This document shows, piece by piece, positions 42,449-53,057 of a stretch of DNA of 64,000 bases. The notes beneath the pieces were generated by a model. That model was not told the origin of the DNA, searched no databases, and saw nothing but the letters and a program-made list of their open reading frames with translations. How positions within the stretch are numbered: position 1 is the stretch's first letter; the number at the start of each line of letters is the position of its first letter. The DNA lies in contig CAVUAK010000001.1 of assembly GCA_963739455.1 (NCBI GenBank), positions 1,376,001 through 1,440,000 of the forward strand. The letters run 5' to 3'. This DNA is from an uncultured Gemmatimonadales bacterium (GTDB taxonomy: Bacteria > Gemmatimonadota > Gemmatimonadetes > Gemmatimonadales > GWC2-71-9). The position numbers and the translations under genes were made by a program.

Positions 42449-43664
42449 ATGCGAGTCCTCATCGCAGACAAGTTCGAAAAAATCGGCATCGACGGCCTGA
42501 AGGAACTGGGCTGCGAGGTGGAGTCACAGCCCGACCTGGGTGCCGAGACGCTGCCGGGGGCGCTGGAGCGGGTCGACCCGCAGATCCTGATCGTGCGAGG
42601 CACGAAGGTGTCGGCGGCGGCGCTCAAGTCGGGGCGAGCCTGAGCCTGGTGATCCGGGCCGGCGCCGGGGTCGACACCATCGACGTGCCGGCGGCGTCGA
42701 GCCTCGGCGTGTTCGTCACCAACTGCCCGGGCAAGAACTCGATGGCGGTGGCGGAGCTGGTGATGGCGCTGCTGCTCTCCTGCGACCGGCGGATCCCGGA
42801 CCAGGTCGCAGAGCTCAGGGCGGGCCAGTGGAACAAGGGCGAGTACTCCAAGGCCCGTGGCCTGCACGGCCGCACGCTGGGCATCGTCGGGCTGGGGCAG
42901 ATCGGCCGCGAGATCGTGGCGCGGGCGCACGCCTTCGGGATGAACGTGGTGGCCTGGACCCGCAACCTGACGCTCGCGGAGGCGACGCGGCTGGGCATCG
43001 CCTACGCGGAGACGCCGATCGAGGTGGCGCGCCGCGGCCGATGCGGTGACGATCAACGTCGCGGCCAACGCGGAGACCAAGCACCTGGTGAACGCCGAGT
43101 TCCTGGCGCGCGATGCAAGCCGGGCGCCTACCTCATCAACACGTCGCGCGGCTCGGTGGTGGATGAGGCGGCGCTCGCCGAGGCGGTGCAAGACGCGCGG
43201 CATCCGCGCCGGTCTCGACGTGTACGAGGGCGAGCCGGGCGGCGCCAAGGCGGAGTTCGCGCCCGCGATGGTGAAGCTCCCGGGTGTCTACGGCACGCAC
43301 CACGTCGGGCGCATCCACCGACCAGGCCCAGGTGGCGATCGCGCACGAGGTGATCCGGATCGTGCAGCAGTTCCTGCACGCGGGGCTGGTGCCCCACTGC
43401 GTCAACCGGCTGGCACGCAGCTCGGCGACGCACGTGCTCTCGGTCCGGCATCAGAACCGTCCCGGCGTCCTGGCGCACGTCTTCAAGGTGCTGTCCGATG
43501 GTGCGATCAACGTCGAGGAAGTCGAGAACATCATCTATCACGGCGCCACGGCGACGCTCGCGCGGATCCACCTGGACGGCCGACCGGCCCCCGAGGCGCT
43601 CCAGGCGATCCGCAGCGGCAACTCGCACATCATCTCGCTCGACCTGACGGAGATCGACAAGTGA
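42449..43664 (+). CDS. serA: D-3-phosphoglycerate dehydrogenase with ACT domain; several frameshifts
   Basis: [53 protein letters not shown]; adjacent to serC. Confidence 0.85.
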
Positions 43665-44754
43665 CCGATCGCATCTGGAATTTCGGCGCCGGCCCCGGCC
43701 GTGCTCCCCGAGTCCGTCCTCAAGAAGGCCCAGCAGGACATCTGGAACGTGGCCGGCAGCGGCATCGGCATCGGCGAGCACAGCCACCGGGGCAAGGTGT
43801 TCGACAAGATCATCAAGGACACCGAGCAGGCGTGCCGCGACCTGGCGGGCATCGACGACGACTACCGGGTGCTGTTCCTGCAGGGCGGCGCCTCGCTGCA
43901 GTTCTCGATGGTGCCGATGAACCTGCTGCCGCCGGATCGCACGGCCGACTACCTGGTGACCGGTGTCTGGTCGGAGAAGGCGGTGATCGAGGCGCAGCGG
44001 GTCGGCAGCGTACACGAGGCGGTGAGCGCGGCCGGCACCAAGTTCGACCGCATCCCGCCGGTGGCGGACATCAAGTACTCGCCGAACCCGGCGTACGTGC
44101 ACTTCACCACGAACAACACGATCTACGGCACGCAGTGGACGGCGGAGCCGCCGGTGCCGGCGGGCGTGCCGCTGATCTGCCGACACGTCGAGCGACATCT
44201 TCAGCCGGCCGATCGAGGTTGGCGAAGTACGGGATGATCTACGCCGGGGCCCAGAAGAACCTGGGCCCGTCGGGCGTGGTGCTGGTGATCATCCGCAACG
44301 ACCTGGTCGAGGTGGGCAGCAAGGACCTGCCGACGATGCTGCAGTACCGCACGTATGCGAAGGAAAACTCGCTGTACAACACGCCCAACACGTTCGGCAT
44401 CTACGTGATGGGCGAGGTGTTCAAGTGGATCAAGGCCGAGGGCGGGCTGACGGCGATGGCCGAGCACAACGAGGCGAAGGCGAAGGTGCTCTACGACTAC
44501 CTGGACCAGAGCAAGATGTTCACGGCGCGCGCGCGGCCGGGCAGCCGGTCACTGATGAACGTCTGCTTCTACACGGCCGAGCGAGGAGCTGGACAACAAG
44601 TTCGTGGCGGAGGCGACCAAGCGCGGGTTCGAGGGGCTCAAGGGCCACCGCTCGGCGGGCGGGCTGCGGGCCAGCATCTACAACGCGATGCCGGCGGCCG
44701 GCGTGAAGGCGCTGGTCGACGTTCATGAAGGAATTCGAGCGCGCCAACGGCTGA
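43661..44754 (+). CDS. serC: Phosphoserine aminotransferase; several frameshifts
   Basis: [55 protein letters not shown]. Confidence 0.93.
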
Positions 44755-44766
44755 GGCAGGTCGCCC

Positions 44767-45834
44767 TCAGTGCGCCGGTCCCGTCGAGGGACTGGTGCGC
44801 TGGGGATCGTCGAGGTTGATGGTCCACTCGTCCGCCATGAACGATTCGCGGTAGTACAGCGGCTCGTCATCCTCCGAGCCGCCCGCCAGCTTCCAGAAGT
44901 AACTCACCAGCGGCAGCAGTGCCGACGACGTCCCCGTCAGGAAGACGATCTCCCCGCCCGCATCCTCCTTCGGCTTGCCGGTCAGGAACTGCCACTCCGC
45001 CCGCGTGAAGGCATAGCTGCTGTCGATGCGCATCACGCCCGCAATGCCGGGACGCGTGGTGCGCCTGGTGCAGAACCCGATGGTCCATCCGGTCGGGCCC
45101 GACGAAATGGTGTAGAGCGCATTGAGCTGGCCGAACTCCGGCCGGGCGAAGTGGTCGGCGTTCCAGGTGCTGGAGCTTCGGGTACCACCAGGGGCCGGTG
45201 CCGCTGGTGGCGATGATGCCGACCGATCGTCCCGGCTTCCGGCGGATCGCGTAGCCCGAGTCGAGGATGAACTGGGAGGTTTGCGCCCGGGCCTGGCCAC
45301 TCACTCCCCAGCGCGTCGTGCCCCAGCTGTCGGGCGACGAGACTTTCGAGAGGATCGCCGTTTCCTGCGGTGCCGCGCCCGACGGCCCAGTATCGGCGCT
45401 CAGTCGGGAGGAGGGTGTAGCGCATGGTCGCGGCCTGCCAGACGCCGCGCGCAGCGGGCTCGTCCTCGCGACACTCGTACCGGGGCAGCGCCTCGACGAC
45501 GATGTCCGGGATCCGCGGGACGACCTTGCGCGAGCCGTACCTCGAGCGTGTCCGCTGCGGCCCACCGGGACCGAGGCGGCCTGATAGCCGATCGCCCGCG
45601 CAGACGACCGAGGTGAGTGACGGGAGCTTCTTGCGCTGGGCGAAGGCGAGCCCATCCTCCCGCGTGCTGAGGGTGAGCACGCGCCGGGTGCCGGCCCAGA
45701 GTTCGACGGCAGCGTTCGCGATCGGGGTGCCATCATCGGCGACCATCACCCGCACGACGAGCTGTTGCGCGGCGAGCGGGCGACCCAGGACCGTCAGTGG
45801 CCGCCAGCGACAGGCACAACCACAAGGCCTTCAC
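44767..45834 (-). CDS. Hypothetical secreted protein with N-terminal carboxypeptidase-regulatory-like domain; frameshifted
   Basis: Signal-like start, [12 protein letters not shown]...TREDG; adjoining coding fragments. Confidence 0.5.
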
Positions 45835-45849
45835 GAGGGATCGGAGGGC

Positions 45850-47001
45850 CTAGCTCCGCGCTCCAGCCTTCGCAAACGACGCGATGAACTCGGCGTTGGT
45901 GGGATAGCGCTTCAGCTCGTTGACGAGGCGCTGCATGACATCGGCCGGTGCGAGCGAGGCAAACCCCGCCCTGCACCTGCCGCACGTGCTTCCAGCGCAT
46001 CGGGCGACATGAGCAGTTCCTCGCGCCGGGTGCCGCTCGCCCTGCAGGTCGATGGCGGGGTAGATGCGCCGCTCGGCCATCTCGCGGCTCAGCACCAGTT
46101 CGCTGTTGCCGGTGCCCTTGAACTCCTCGAAGATCACCTGGTCCATCTTGCTGCCGGTGTCGATCAGCGCCGTGGCGATGATCGTGAGGGAGCCGGAGCC
46201 GGCCTTCGGGTCCACCTGGCGCGCGCTACCGAGCAGGCGCTTCGGGGTTTCCAGCGACTGCGCATCGAGGCCGCCCGACAGCGTGCGACCGGTGCCGCGC
46301 TCGGTGGTGTTGAAGGCGCGGGCGAGGCGGGTGATCGAGTCGAGGATGATCACCGCGTCGCGGCCCTCCTCGACGCGGCGTCGCGCGCGCTCCACCGTGA
46401 GCTCGGCGAGGGCGACGTGCCGCTCGGCGGGGTGATCGAAGCTGGAGGAGATGACCTCGCCCACTCCCGCCATTTCCATCTCGCTCACTTCCTCGGGCCG
46501 CTCGTCCACCAGCAGGATGAAGAGCTGGGCCTCGGGATGGTTGTGCGCGATGCCGGCGGCGATGGTCTGCAGCACGGTGGTCTTGCCGGCCTTGGCCGGC
46601 GCCACGACGAGGGCGCGCTGGCCGAAGCCGAGCGGGGCGATGAGGTCGACGAGGCGACCGGTCATGTCGCCCTTCCGGCCCGGGGCCTGGGCGCCCTCGA
46701 GCTTGAGGACGCGGAACGGATGGGTCGCCGGGAGCCGGGTGAAGTCGGGGCGGCGCCGGGCCTCCTCGGGGGGACGGCCGTTGACGGCGGTGACCTTCCG
46801 CAGGAGTGGCGGCTTGCCGCGGTTGGGCGCGAGCACCTCGCCGGTGAGTTCGTCACCGGAGCGCAGGCCGAACTCGCGCACGGTGCGCTCGTCGACGCGC
46901 ACGTCGTCGCGCTGCGGATCCCACGCCATGCTTTGCCGGCGCAGGGAACCCTGGCGCCCATCGAGTTCGAGGACGCCGAGGCTTTCTGGTGTTGCCGTCA
47001 T
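45850..47001 (-). CDS. rho: Transcription termination factor Rho, short form; C-terminal frameshifts
   Basis: PLGFGQRAL, APAKAGKT, LVDERPEEV, LDSITRLARA, ATALIDTGS, EEFKGTGNSE. Confidence 0.9.
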   Translation of the reverse strand: MTATPESLGVLELDGRQGSLRRQSMAWDPQRDDVRVDERTVREFGLRSGDELTGEVLAPNRGKPPLLRKVTAVNGRPPEEARRRPDFTRLPATHPFRVLKLEGAQAPGRKGDMTGRLVDLIAPLGFGQRALVVAPAKAGKTTVLQTIAAGIAHNHPEAQLFILLVDERPEEVSEMEMAGVGEVISSSFDHPAERHVALAELTVERARRRVEEGRDAVIILDSITRLARAFNTTERGTGRTLSGGLDAQSLETPKRLLGSARQVDPKAGSGSLTIIATALIDTGSKMDQVIFEEFKGTGNSELVLSREMAERRIYPAIDLQGERHPARGTAHVARCAGSTCGRCRAGFASLAPADVMQRLVNELKRYPTNAEFIASFAKAGARS

Positions 47002-47021
47002 ATGCTCAGTGGCTCAGTTCT

Positions 47022-48580
47022 TCAGTCAGGGACGCGGCTGCGCCGGAGGGTGGGAGGTCGGGTTCCGCCGAGTGCGCGCGCGATGCGGCGCGAGGTAGGC
47101 GAAGACGAGGTGTTGTCGGATTCGTTGTCGAGCTGTGCGATGTGCGCCTGCAGCCAGTTGGCGAGGACCTGGTACTCGTCGGCCACTGACGGATCGTCGA
47201 AGGAGATGGTGTTGCCGCTGATCTCGTACTCACCCCAGTGCCCGAGCAGCAGGGTGTAGAGGTTGTCGGTGTAGGTGAGGAGGGAGTCGGAGAGCTCGGA
47301 TCCCTCGTAGCTCTCCTTGAGCGTGGCGCGGGCCTTCCAGTCGGACTGCTGGCCGCGGCTCCACCCCATGCGGGTCACCTGGTAGGTGACGGTGTCGCGG
47401 TAGGCCCGCTCGATCTGCACTTCATCGGAGTGGTAGACGCGCACGATGTTCTGCGCGCCGCGTGATGAGCCGTCGGCCGGCGCGGAGGCTGTCGCGACTG
47501 GTGAGGCGCGCAGTCGAGAAGAGGCGCGTCACACCGCCCAGGGCGAGGTCGGAATCCATGGCGGCGCGGGCGTTGGCGTACGCGGCGGCATAGCTGCGGC
47601 GCAGCTCGATGGGCGTCATGGGGCGCAGCCCCTCGACCGATGACCGCGGCTGCGACCCGGGGATGAGCCGCCCTGGCCGACTCGTGGCGCGCGGCCCCGT
47701 GCCTGCTGTCTCGGCCACGGCGAGCAGGGCGATCGCCTGCGCCAGGTCCCTGTCGGAGACGGAATCGACGGCCTGCACGGCGAGTGCGGTGTCACCCGGT
47801 GTACGGAGTCGGGCCTCGGTGGCCTGATGCACGGTCGCGGGACGATTGGACCACCACTGCCAGCCGAACCAGGCCCCGGTGCGAGACGAGCAGGACCAGG
47901 GCAACTGCCCCACCGATCAACGCCAGGCCGCGGAATCGCGGCTCCGGCTTCCACTCGAGCGGCTTGTACTCCGTCGAATCAGGCTCGTCCTCCGGCAGTG
48001 GCGCGAGCTCGCCGTCCAGCGGCGGCTCGTCCATGTAGGAAGTCGGCGATGGGATGGGAGCGCGGCCGCTCGTTGAGGGCGGGGAGGGCGGGGAGGGCGG
48101 GGAGGGCGGGGAAGACGGGGAAGACGGGGAAGACGGGGAAGACGGGGAAGACGCGATGGGGACGAGAGAAGGGATGGGTTCCTTCAGCGTCAGGAATTCA
48201 CCGGCGATCGCGAGTCCGTCGGCCGGCTTCACCTCCGGCGGCGCCGAGGCCATCTGCGCGGCGGTATCGATGGCGATGTCGGTATTGATGACGAGGTCGG
48301 CGATGGGGGCGACGGGCGGTTCAGGGACCTTGGGCGCCATGCCCTTGATCTCGGCGTCGCTCAGGAGATCGAAGTCGAGCCCGACCTCATCGGCGGTACC
48401 GTCCTCGGAAACGAAGCGCGTCCCGAGCTGCGGGTGCCGCGTGACCAGCACCCATTCCTTGGTTGCCGGATGAAAGATCAGCGCGTCCTTCGTGATCACG
48501 CCAAGCTCGACGTCCCAAACCATCTCTTCGACGGTTCGATACGTCTTCTCGTCTCCCGAAGGCAACCGGACGTAGTACAC
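47022..48580 (-). CDS. Hypothetical membrane-anchored protein with acidic/Pro-rich linker; frameshifted
   Basis: Small N-terminal domain, SPS/SPP repeat linker, TM near 47900, helical C-terminal fragments. Confidence 0.55.
48075..48152 (+). repeat. Nonamer array (GGCGGGGAR)4(GACGGGGAA)4 read as SPP/SPS
   Basis: Read directly. Confidence 0.96.
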
Positions 48581-48693
48581 GGCTAGCGCACCGGGGTGAC
48601 GGGATGGGCGGCAACGATCAGCAGCGGCCCTCTCATGGAGTGACCGTGAAAAGTAGGCACATGGTTGACGCAAGTCTATGAGCCAGCAGGGGA

Positions 48694-49302
48694 TCAGGCC
48701 TCGAGGCGGGTCAGGGAACGCGCAATGTTGGCGCGGGCGCGCGGTTCGCGGGACTGCATCACCGGGGTGAAGAAAAGCGGCCGCCGGGACGCAAAGTCGG
48801 CGAGGATCGTGGCGCGCCCAGCGCGGAACTGGCCGGCCGGGAGCATGGCGTACTCGGCGCGGATGGCGTGTTCGTACGCGTCAAAGGCATCGTCATCGGC
48901 GGCCAGGATGGAGAGGTCGGCGTCGCGCACGACGGCGGCGTCGGGTGATACAGACGCGGCGGCGAGGTGGCGGGTTTCGAGTATGAGGGCGGGGAAGACG
49001 GGGAGGGCGGGGAGGGCGGGGAGGTGCTCCATTCCCCATTCAACGCTCCGCTGCTCGCAATCGTTTCGCATCGGCTCCCAGACGACGTCGTGCAGCCACA
49101 GGGCGAGTTCCGCTACGTCCGGATTGGGGGCGAGGTGGCGGAGCTCGTCGAACGTGGCGAGCACTGCGTCGAGGTGCGCGAGGGTGTGATAGTGCCGACC
49201 GGGTGCGGAGTACTGACGCTCGAGCTCGGCAAAGGCGTCGTCGGAGGGCACAGTACCGAGGCGCTGCCAGAGCGCATCCCAGCGCGCCCGGCGCGGGGTC
49301 AT
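48694..49302 (-). CDS. HD-superfamily metal-dependent phosphohydrolase (COG4339-like)
   Basis: [33 protein letters not shown]. Confidence 0.85.
   Translation of the reverse strand: MTPRRARWDALWQRLGTVPSDDAFAELERQYSAPGRHYHTLAHLDAVLATFDELRHLAPNPDVAELALWLHDVVWEPMRNDCEQRSVEWGMEHLPALPALPVFPALILETRHLAAASVSPDAAVVRDADLSILAADDDAFDAYEHAIRAEYAMLPAGQFRAGRATILADFASRRPLFFTPVMQSREPRARANIARSLTRLEA
48986..49024 (+). repeat. Nonamer array x4 inside the HD domain ([13 protein letters not shown])
   Basis: Read directly. Confidence 0.93.
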
Positions 49303-50780
49303 GACGAGCAGCTGAGCTCGATTGACCCAGCCCAGGCGGGTGAGACGGTGGCCCAGGCCTCGCGCCCCGGCTGTTCCTCAAAGGGGCGACCTCAGGGTCT
49401 GCATAGCGCATCGACCACGCTGAAGTCACCCTTCTGCGCGGCGGTGATGGCCTCGTGGGCCATCCAGGTGCGAAGCACGTACTTCGGGTTGGTGGTGTCC
49501 ATCCGCGCCGGGCGCAGGGTATCGTCGCTGTTCTCGGCGCGGAGCCGCGCACGGTATGCGGCGAGCCAGGTATCGCATGCCACGCGATCGGCGAACTGGG
49601 ACGAGAAGGCCCGGCTATCGGTGTCGACGCCGATGCCCCCGAGTGCGCGCCAGGTGATGGTCCAGTCGGCGCGCGCGTTGTGCATGAGGACCAGGAGTTC
49701 ATCGAGCAGCTTTTCGTCGCCGGGCTGTGCCGTCTCCAGGCCAAGTTTCGCCCGCATGATGCTGGCATACGCCTCTTCCCACGCCGGGACGTAAGTGTCG
49801 AAGGCAGCGACTGCCTGCTCGCGCGGCATGAGTGGCAGCAGGGCCTGCGCCAGCGCACTCACATTCCACTGCCCAATGGCGGGCTGCTGGTCGTAGGCGT
49901 AGCGGCCTTGGGGATCGGAGTGATTGGGAATGAACCCGCTCTCGAACGCCTCCATGAAGGCGTAGGGGCCGTAGTCGATGGTGAGGCCGGTAATGGAGAA
50001 GTTGTCGGTGTTCATGACGCCATGCACGAAGCCGACGGCCTGCCACCGGGCCATGAGCGACGCGGTGCGACGCGCGACCGTCTCCAGCATGCGAGCGTAG
50101 CGATCGTCGAGACCAACGAGCTCGGGGAAGTGAAGCTCGATGGTGTAGTCGGCCAGTTGCCGGAGGTAGTCCACCTGGCCGCGCGACGCGAAGACCTCGA
50201 AGCTGCCGATCCGGACGTGGGTCGGCGCCATGCGGATGATGCTGGCGGCGGTCTCCACTGTTTCACGGCGCACCGGCTCGGAGCTCCCCACGACACAGAG
50301 TGCCCGCGTGGTGGGAATGCCGAGGGCGTGGAGCGCCTCGCCGCAGAGATACTCGCGGATGGCGGAGCGGAGCACGGAACGGCCATCGAAGCCGCGGGAG
50401 AATGGCGTGGGTCCGCTGCCCTTGAGGTGAAGGTCCCAGCGATCACCGCGGTTGTTCACCACCTCACCCAGGAGGATGGCGCGGCCGTCGCCCAGCTGGG
50501 GCACGAAGCTGCCAAACTGATGGCCGGCGTAGAGCATGGCGACGGGATCACTGCCGGGGATCGACTCCGCGCCCGACGCATAGCGCAGGAATTCAGGGCG
50601 CGCACCCTCGGCGGGATCGAGGTCGATGAGGCGCGCCGCATCGCTGTTGAAGTGGACAAGCACGGGATCGGGCAATGGCGTGGGGTCCACCCGCACGCCA
50701 AACGGCTCGCCGAGGCGAGCGTAGCTGTTATCGAAGGCGAGGCCGGTGATCGGGCGCAGCGCGGTAGCAGTTGCGGTCAT
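49299..50780 (-). CDS. selO: Protein adenylyltransferase SelO/YdiU; frameshift near 49400, true C-terminus ...ELSCSS
   Basis: [47 protein letters not shown]. Confidence 0.95.
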
Positions 50781-52081
50781 CCTTTAATGATACCTCGGCA
50801 CTCGCCGAACCCGATGCGGACAAACCCCTCGCGTTCGCAGGCGCCGCGCATGATGACTTCGTCGCCATCCTCGAGGAAACGACGGGTTTCGCCTGAGGGG
50901 AGCTGGACTGGATCGGCACCGCGCCAGGTGAGTTCCAGGAGGCAGCCCCGCGCGTCCTTCGCCTCGCCGGAGACAGTGCCGCTGCCGAGCAGGTCACCGG
51001 GCTGCAGGTTGCAGCCGTTCGACGTGTGGTGGGCCAGGAGCTGGGCCGGCGTCCAGTAAAGATCGGCCAGGGTGGAGTGACTGATGCGCGCCGGGGCGAT
51101 TCCCTCGGCGCGCATCCGCGCACTGGAGAGCAGCACCTCCAGCCGCACGTCGATTCCGCCGCCGGCCTGGTCGGCCTCGTCGGTGAGATACGGCAGCGGA
51201 GCGGGGTCGCCGTCGGCGCGCGGGAAGGCGGGCACGCGGAACGGCGCGAGCGCCTCGAGTGTCACCACCCATGGGGAGATGGTGCTGCTGAAATTCTTGG
51301 CGAGGAACGGCCCGAGCGGCTGGTACTCCCAGGTCTGGATGTCGCGGGCCGACCAGTCGTTGAGGAGGCAGAGGCCGAAGAGCCGCGCGCCAGCGTGCTC
51401 GATCGGCACCGGTTCGCCCTGGGCATTGGCGCGCCCGACGAAGAACCCGACCTCGAGTTCGTAGTCGAGGCGTCGCGTGGGCCCGAACGCCGGCGGCTGG
51501 GCGGCGTCATCACGGGCCTGCCCACTGGGTCGGGGCACCGCCGTGCCACTTACGACGATGGATGACGCGCGGCCGTGGTAGCCGATGGGGACGTACTTGT
51601 AGTTGGGCAGCAGCGGGTTGTCGGGCCGGAACATCTTCCCGACGTTGGTGGCGTGATAGATGGAGGCGTAGAAGTCGGTATAGTCGCCGATGGTCGCGGG
51701 GAGCAGCATCTCGGCGTCATCCTGCGACACGAGCTTCGTGCGCGACGCATCGGCACCGGAGCGGAGCAGCGCGCTGATGGTGTGACGGAACTGGAGCCGA
51801 TGCGCGTGCGGGAGCGACATCAGGGCATTGAGGGTGGGCGCCTCGCAGGCCTCGCGCAGGCTGTCGGCGCCGGTGACCAGGTTCTCCTGCGTGGCGTGGT
51901 ACAGGTCGAAGATGGCATCGCCGATGGCGACGCCGATGCGGGGCCGGTCGTTCGAGCCGCGCCGGCGGAAGATCCCGAGCGGCAGGTTCTGCACGGGAAA
52001 GTCGGTGCCGCGCGCATTGGCCGATGGGACCCAGCTGCTGAGCGCGGCGTCGTGCGTTTCGTCTACTGGAAAGCGAGTCAC
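50777..52081 (-). CDS. fahA: Fumarylacetoacetase
   Basis: DFPVQNLP.G, GDYTDFYAS..HATNVG, YHGRASS, LDYELE, NDWSARDIQ.WEYQPLGPF. Confidence 0.95.
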   Translation of the reverse strand: MTRFPVDETHDAALSSWVPSANARGTDFPVQNLPLGIFRRRGSNDRPRIGVAIGDAIFDLYHATQENLVTGADSLREACEAPTLNALMSLPHAHRLQFRHTISALLRSGADASRTKLVSQDDAEMLLPATIGDYTDFYASIYHATNVGKMFRPDNPLLPNYKYVPIGYHGRASSIVVSGTAVPRPSGQARDDAAQPPAFGPTRRLDYELEVGFFVGRANAQGEPVPIEHAGARLFGLCLLNDWSARDIQTWEYQPLGPFLAKNFSSTISPWVVTLEALAPFRVPAFPRADGDPAPLPYLTDEADQAGGGIDVRLEVLLSSARMRAEGIAPARISHSTLADLYWTPAQLLAHHTSNGCNLQPGDLLGSGTVSGEAKDARGCLLELTWRGADPVQLPSGETRRFLEDGDEVIMRGACEREGFVRIGFGECRGIIKG

Positions 52082-52980
52082 AGGAGTCCGAGGGAGCGAA
52101 GGTCATCCACGGGCTCCTGGAAGGAACAGGAGCCGAAGCTGAGTGCCGCGTGGTGCCGAATGGCGGAAATTTCGGTGCGTGTCACCGTCTTACCGCGCCA
52201 ACTCGCGCTGGTTTCGGTGAACTCGAATGCCGTTGCGTCCTTCTCCTCGAGCAACTGCGCCAGCTCCTTGAGCGTGAGACCGGCGCGGGCGAAGGCAGCG
52301 GCGAGGAAAACGTTGAGGAAGCCGAACATCATGCCGTGCGGACTGGCCGGTTCGTAGGTGAGGCGATACTCCCCACGCAACGGATGGTGCAGTCCGGCCG
52401 TGGCCTTGAACGGCACGCCCGCGTCGGCGCAGGACTGAATGAATCGAGCGAGGGCGTGGCTCGCCGGAAAGGCCCCGGGTGTGACGCCACCGGTACGGAC
52501 CTTGGCGCGGCCGCCGGCCCGGGAAATGGCAGCGAGATGCGGGGCGAGGTCATCGTCGATGGGGAGCTCAACGTAGGTGGTGAGGGTGGACGGCAGGATC
52601 GCGAGGGCGGCGTCGAGATCGGGCACCGACTCGAGCTTGAGCTCGATGGTGTCGACAACGGCCGAGCGGGGCTGGGCCACCTTGTTGCTCTGGTTGAAAT
52701 CGCCGATCGCCGCTACCGTGGCGTCGAGGTCGGCACTGGGGAGGACGCTGAGCTGCCAGACGTCGCCAATAGTGGAGCTGCCGAGCGAAGCAAGTGCAGT
52801 CTCGAACTCGGCGAGGCGGCTGACGGGGAGGATGAAATGGCCGAGCATCCAGGCATGGTCGCTGGCGCGATGGAGCGCGTATTCGTGAACGGCGGCGTTC
52901 ATGTCGAGGGCGGCCGGGGGAAAGAGGCCGGCGTAGTCGACGAGGGAGTGGAGGAGGGTGCGGAGGGTGGTCGAGGTCAC
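52078..52980 (-). CDS. Conserved hypothetical protein coupled to fahA
   Basis: LVDYAGLFPPA, KVRTGG, PFKATAGLHHP, GFLN, SFGSCSF.EP; GTGA overlap with fahA. Confidence 0.8.
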   Translation of the reverse strand: MTSTTLRTLLHSLVDYAGLFPPAALDMNAAVHEYALHRASDHAWMLGHFILPVSRLAEFETALASLGSSTIGDVWQLSVLPSADLDATVAAIGDFNQSNKVAQPRSAVVDTIELKLESVPDLDAALAILPSTLTTYVELPIDDDLAPHLAAISRAGGRAKVRTGGVTPGAFPASHALARFIQSCADAGVPFKATAGLHHPLRGEYRLTYEPASPHGMMFGFLNVFLAAAFARAGLTLKELAQLLEEKDATAFEFTETSASWRGKTVTRTEISAIRHHAALSFGSCSFQEPVDDLRSLGLL

Positions 52981-52992
52981 GGGTGAAGTATA

Positions 52993-53021
52993 GGGCGGGG
53001 AGGGCGGGGAGGGCGGGGAGG
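52993..53021 (+). repeat. Nonamer array (GGCGGGGAG)3, intergenic
   Basis: Read directly. Confidence 0.95.
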
Positions 53022-53057
53022 TTAGCCGCCCCACCCGCCTCCCGCGCCTTCCCGGTC

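Noticed and set aside
49299..49310. Selenocysteine at the SelO C-terminus
   Set aside because: The corrected frame ends SCSS followed by TGA overlapping the next ATG, which is the ordinary bacterial Cys form.
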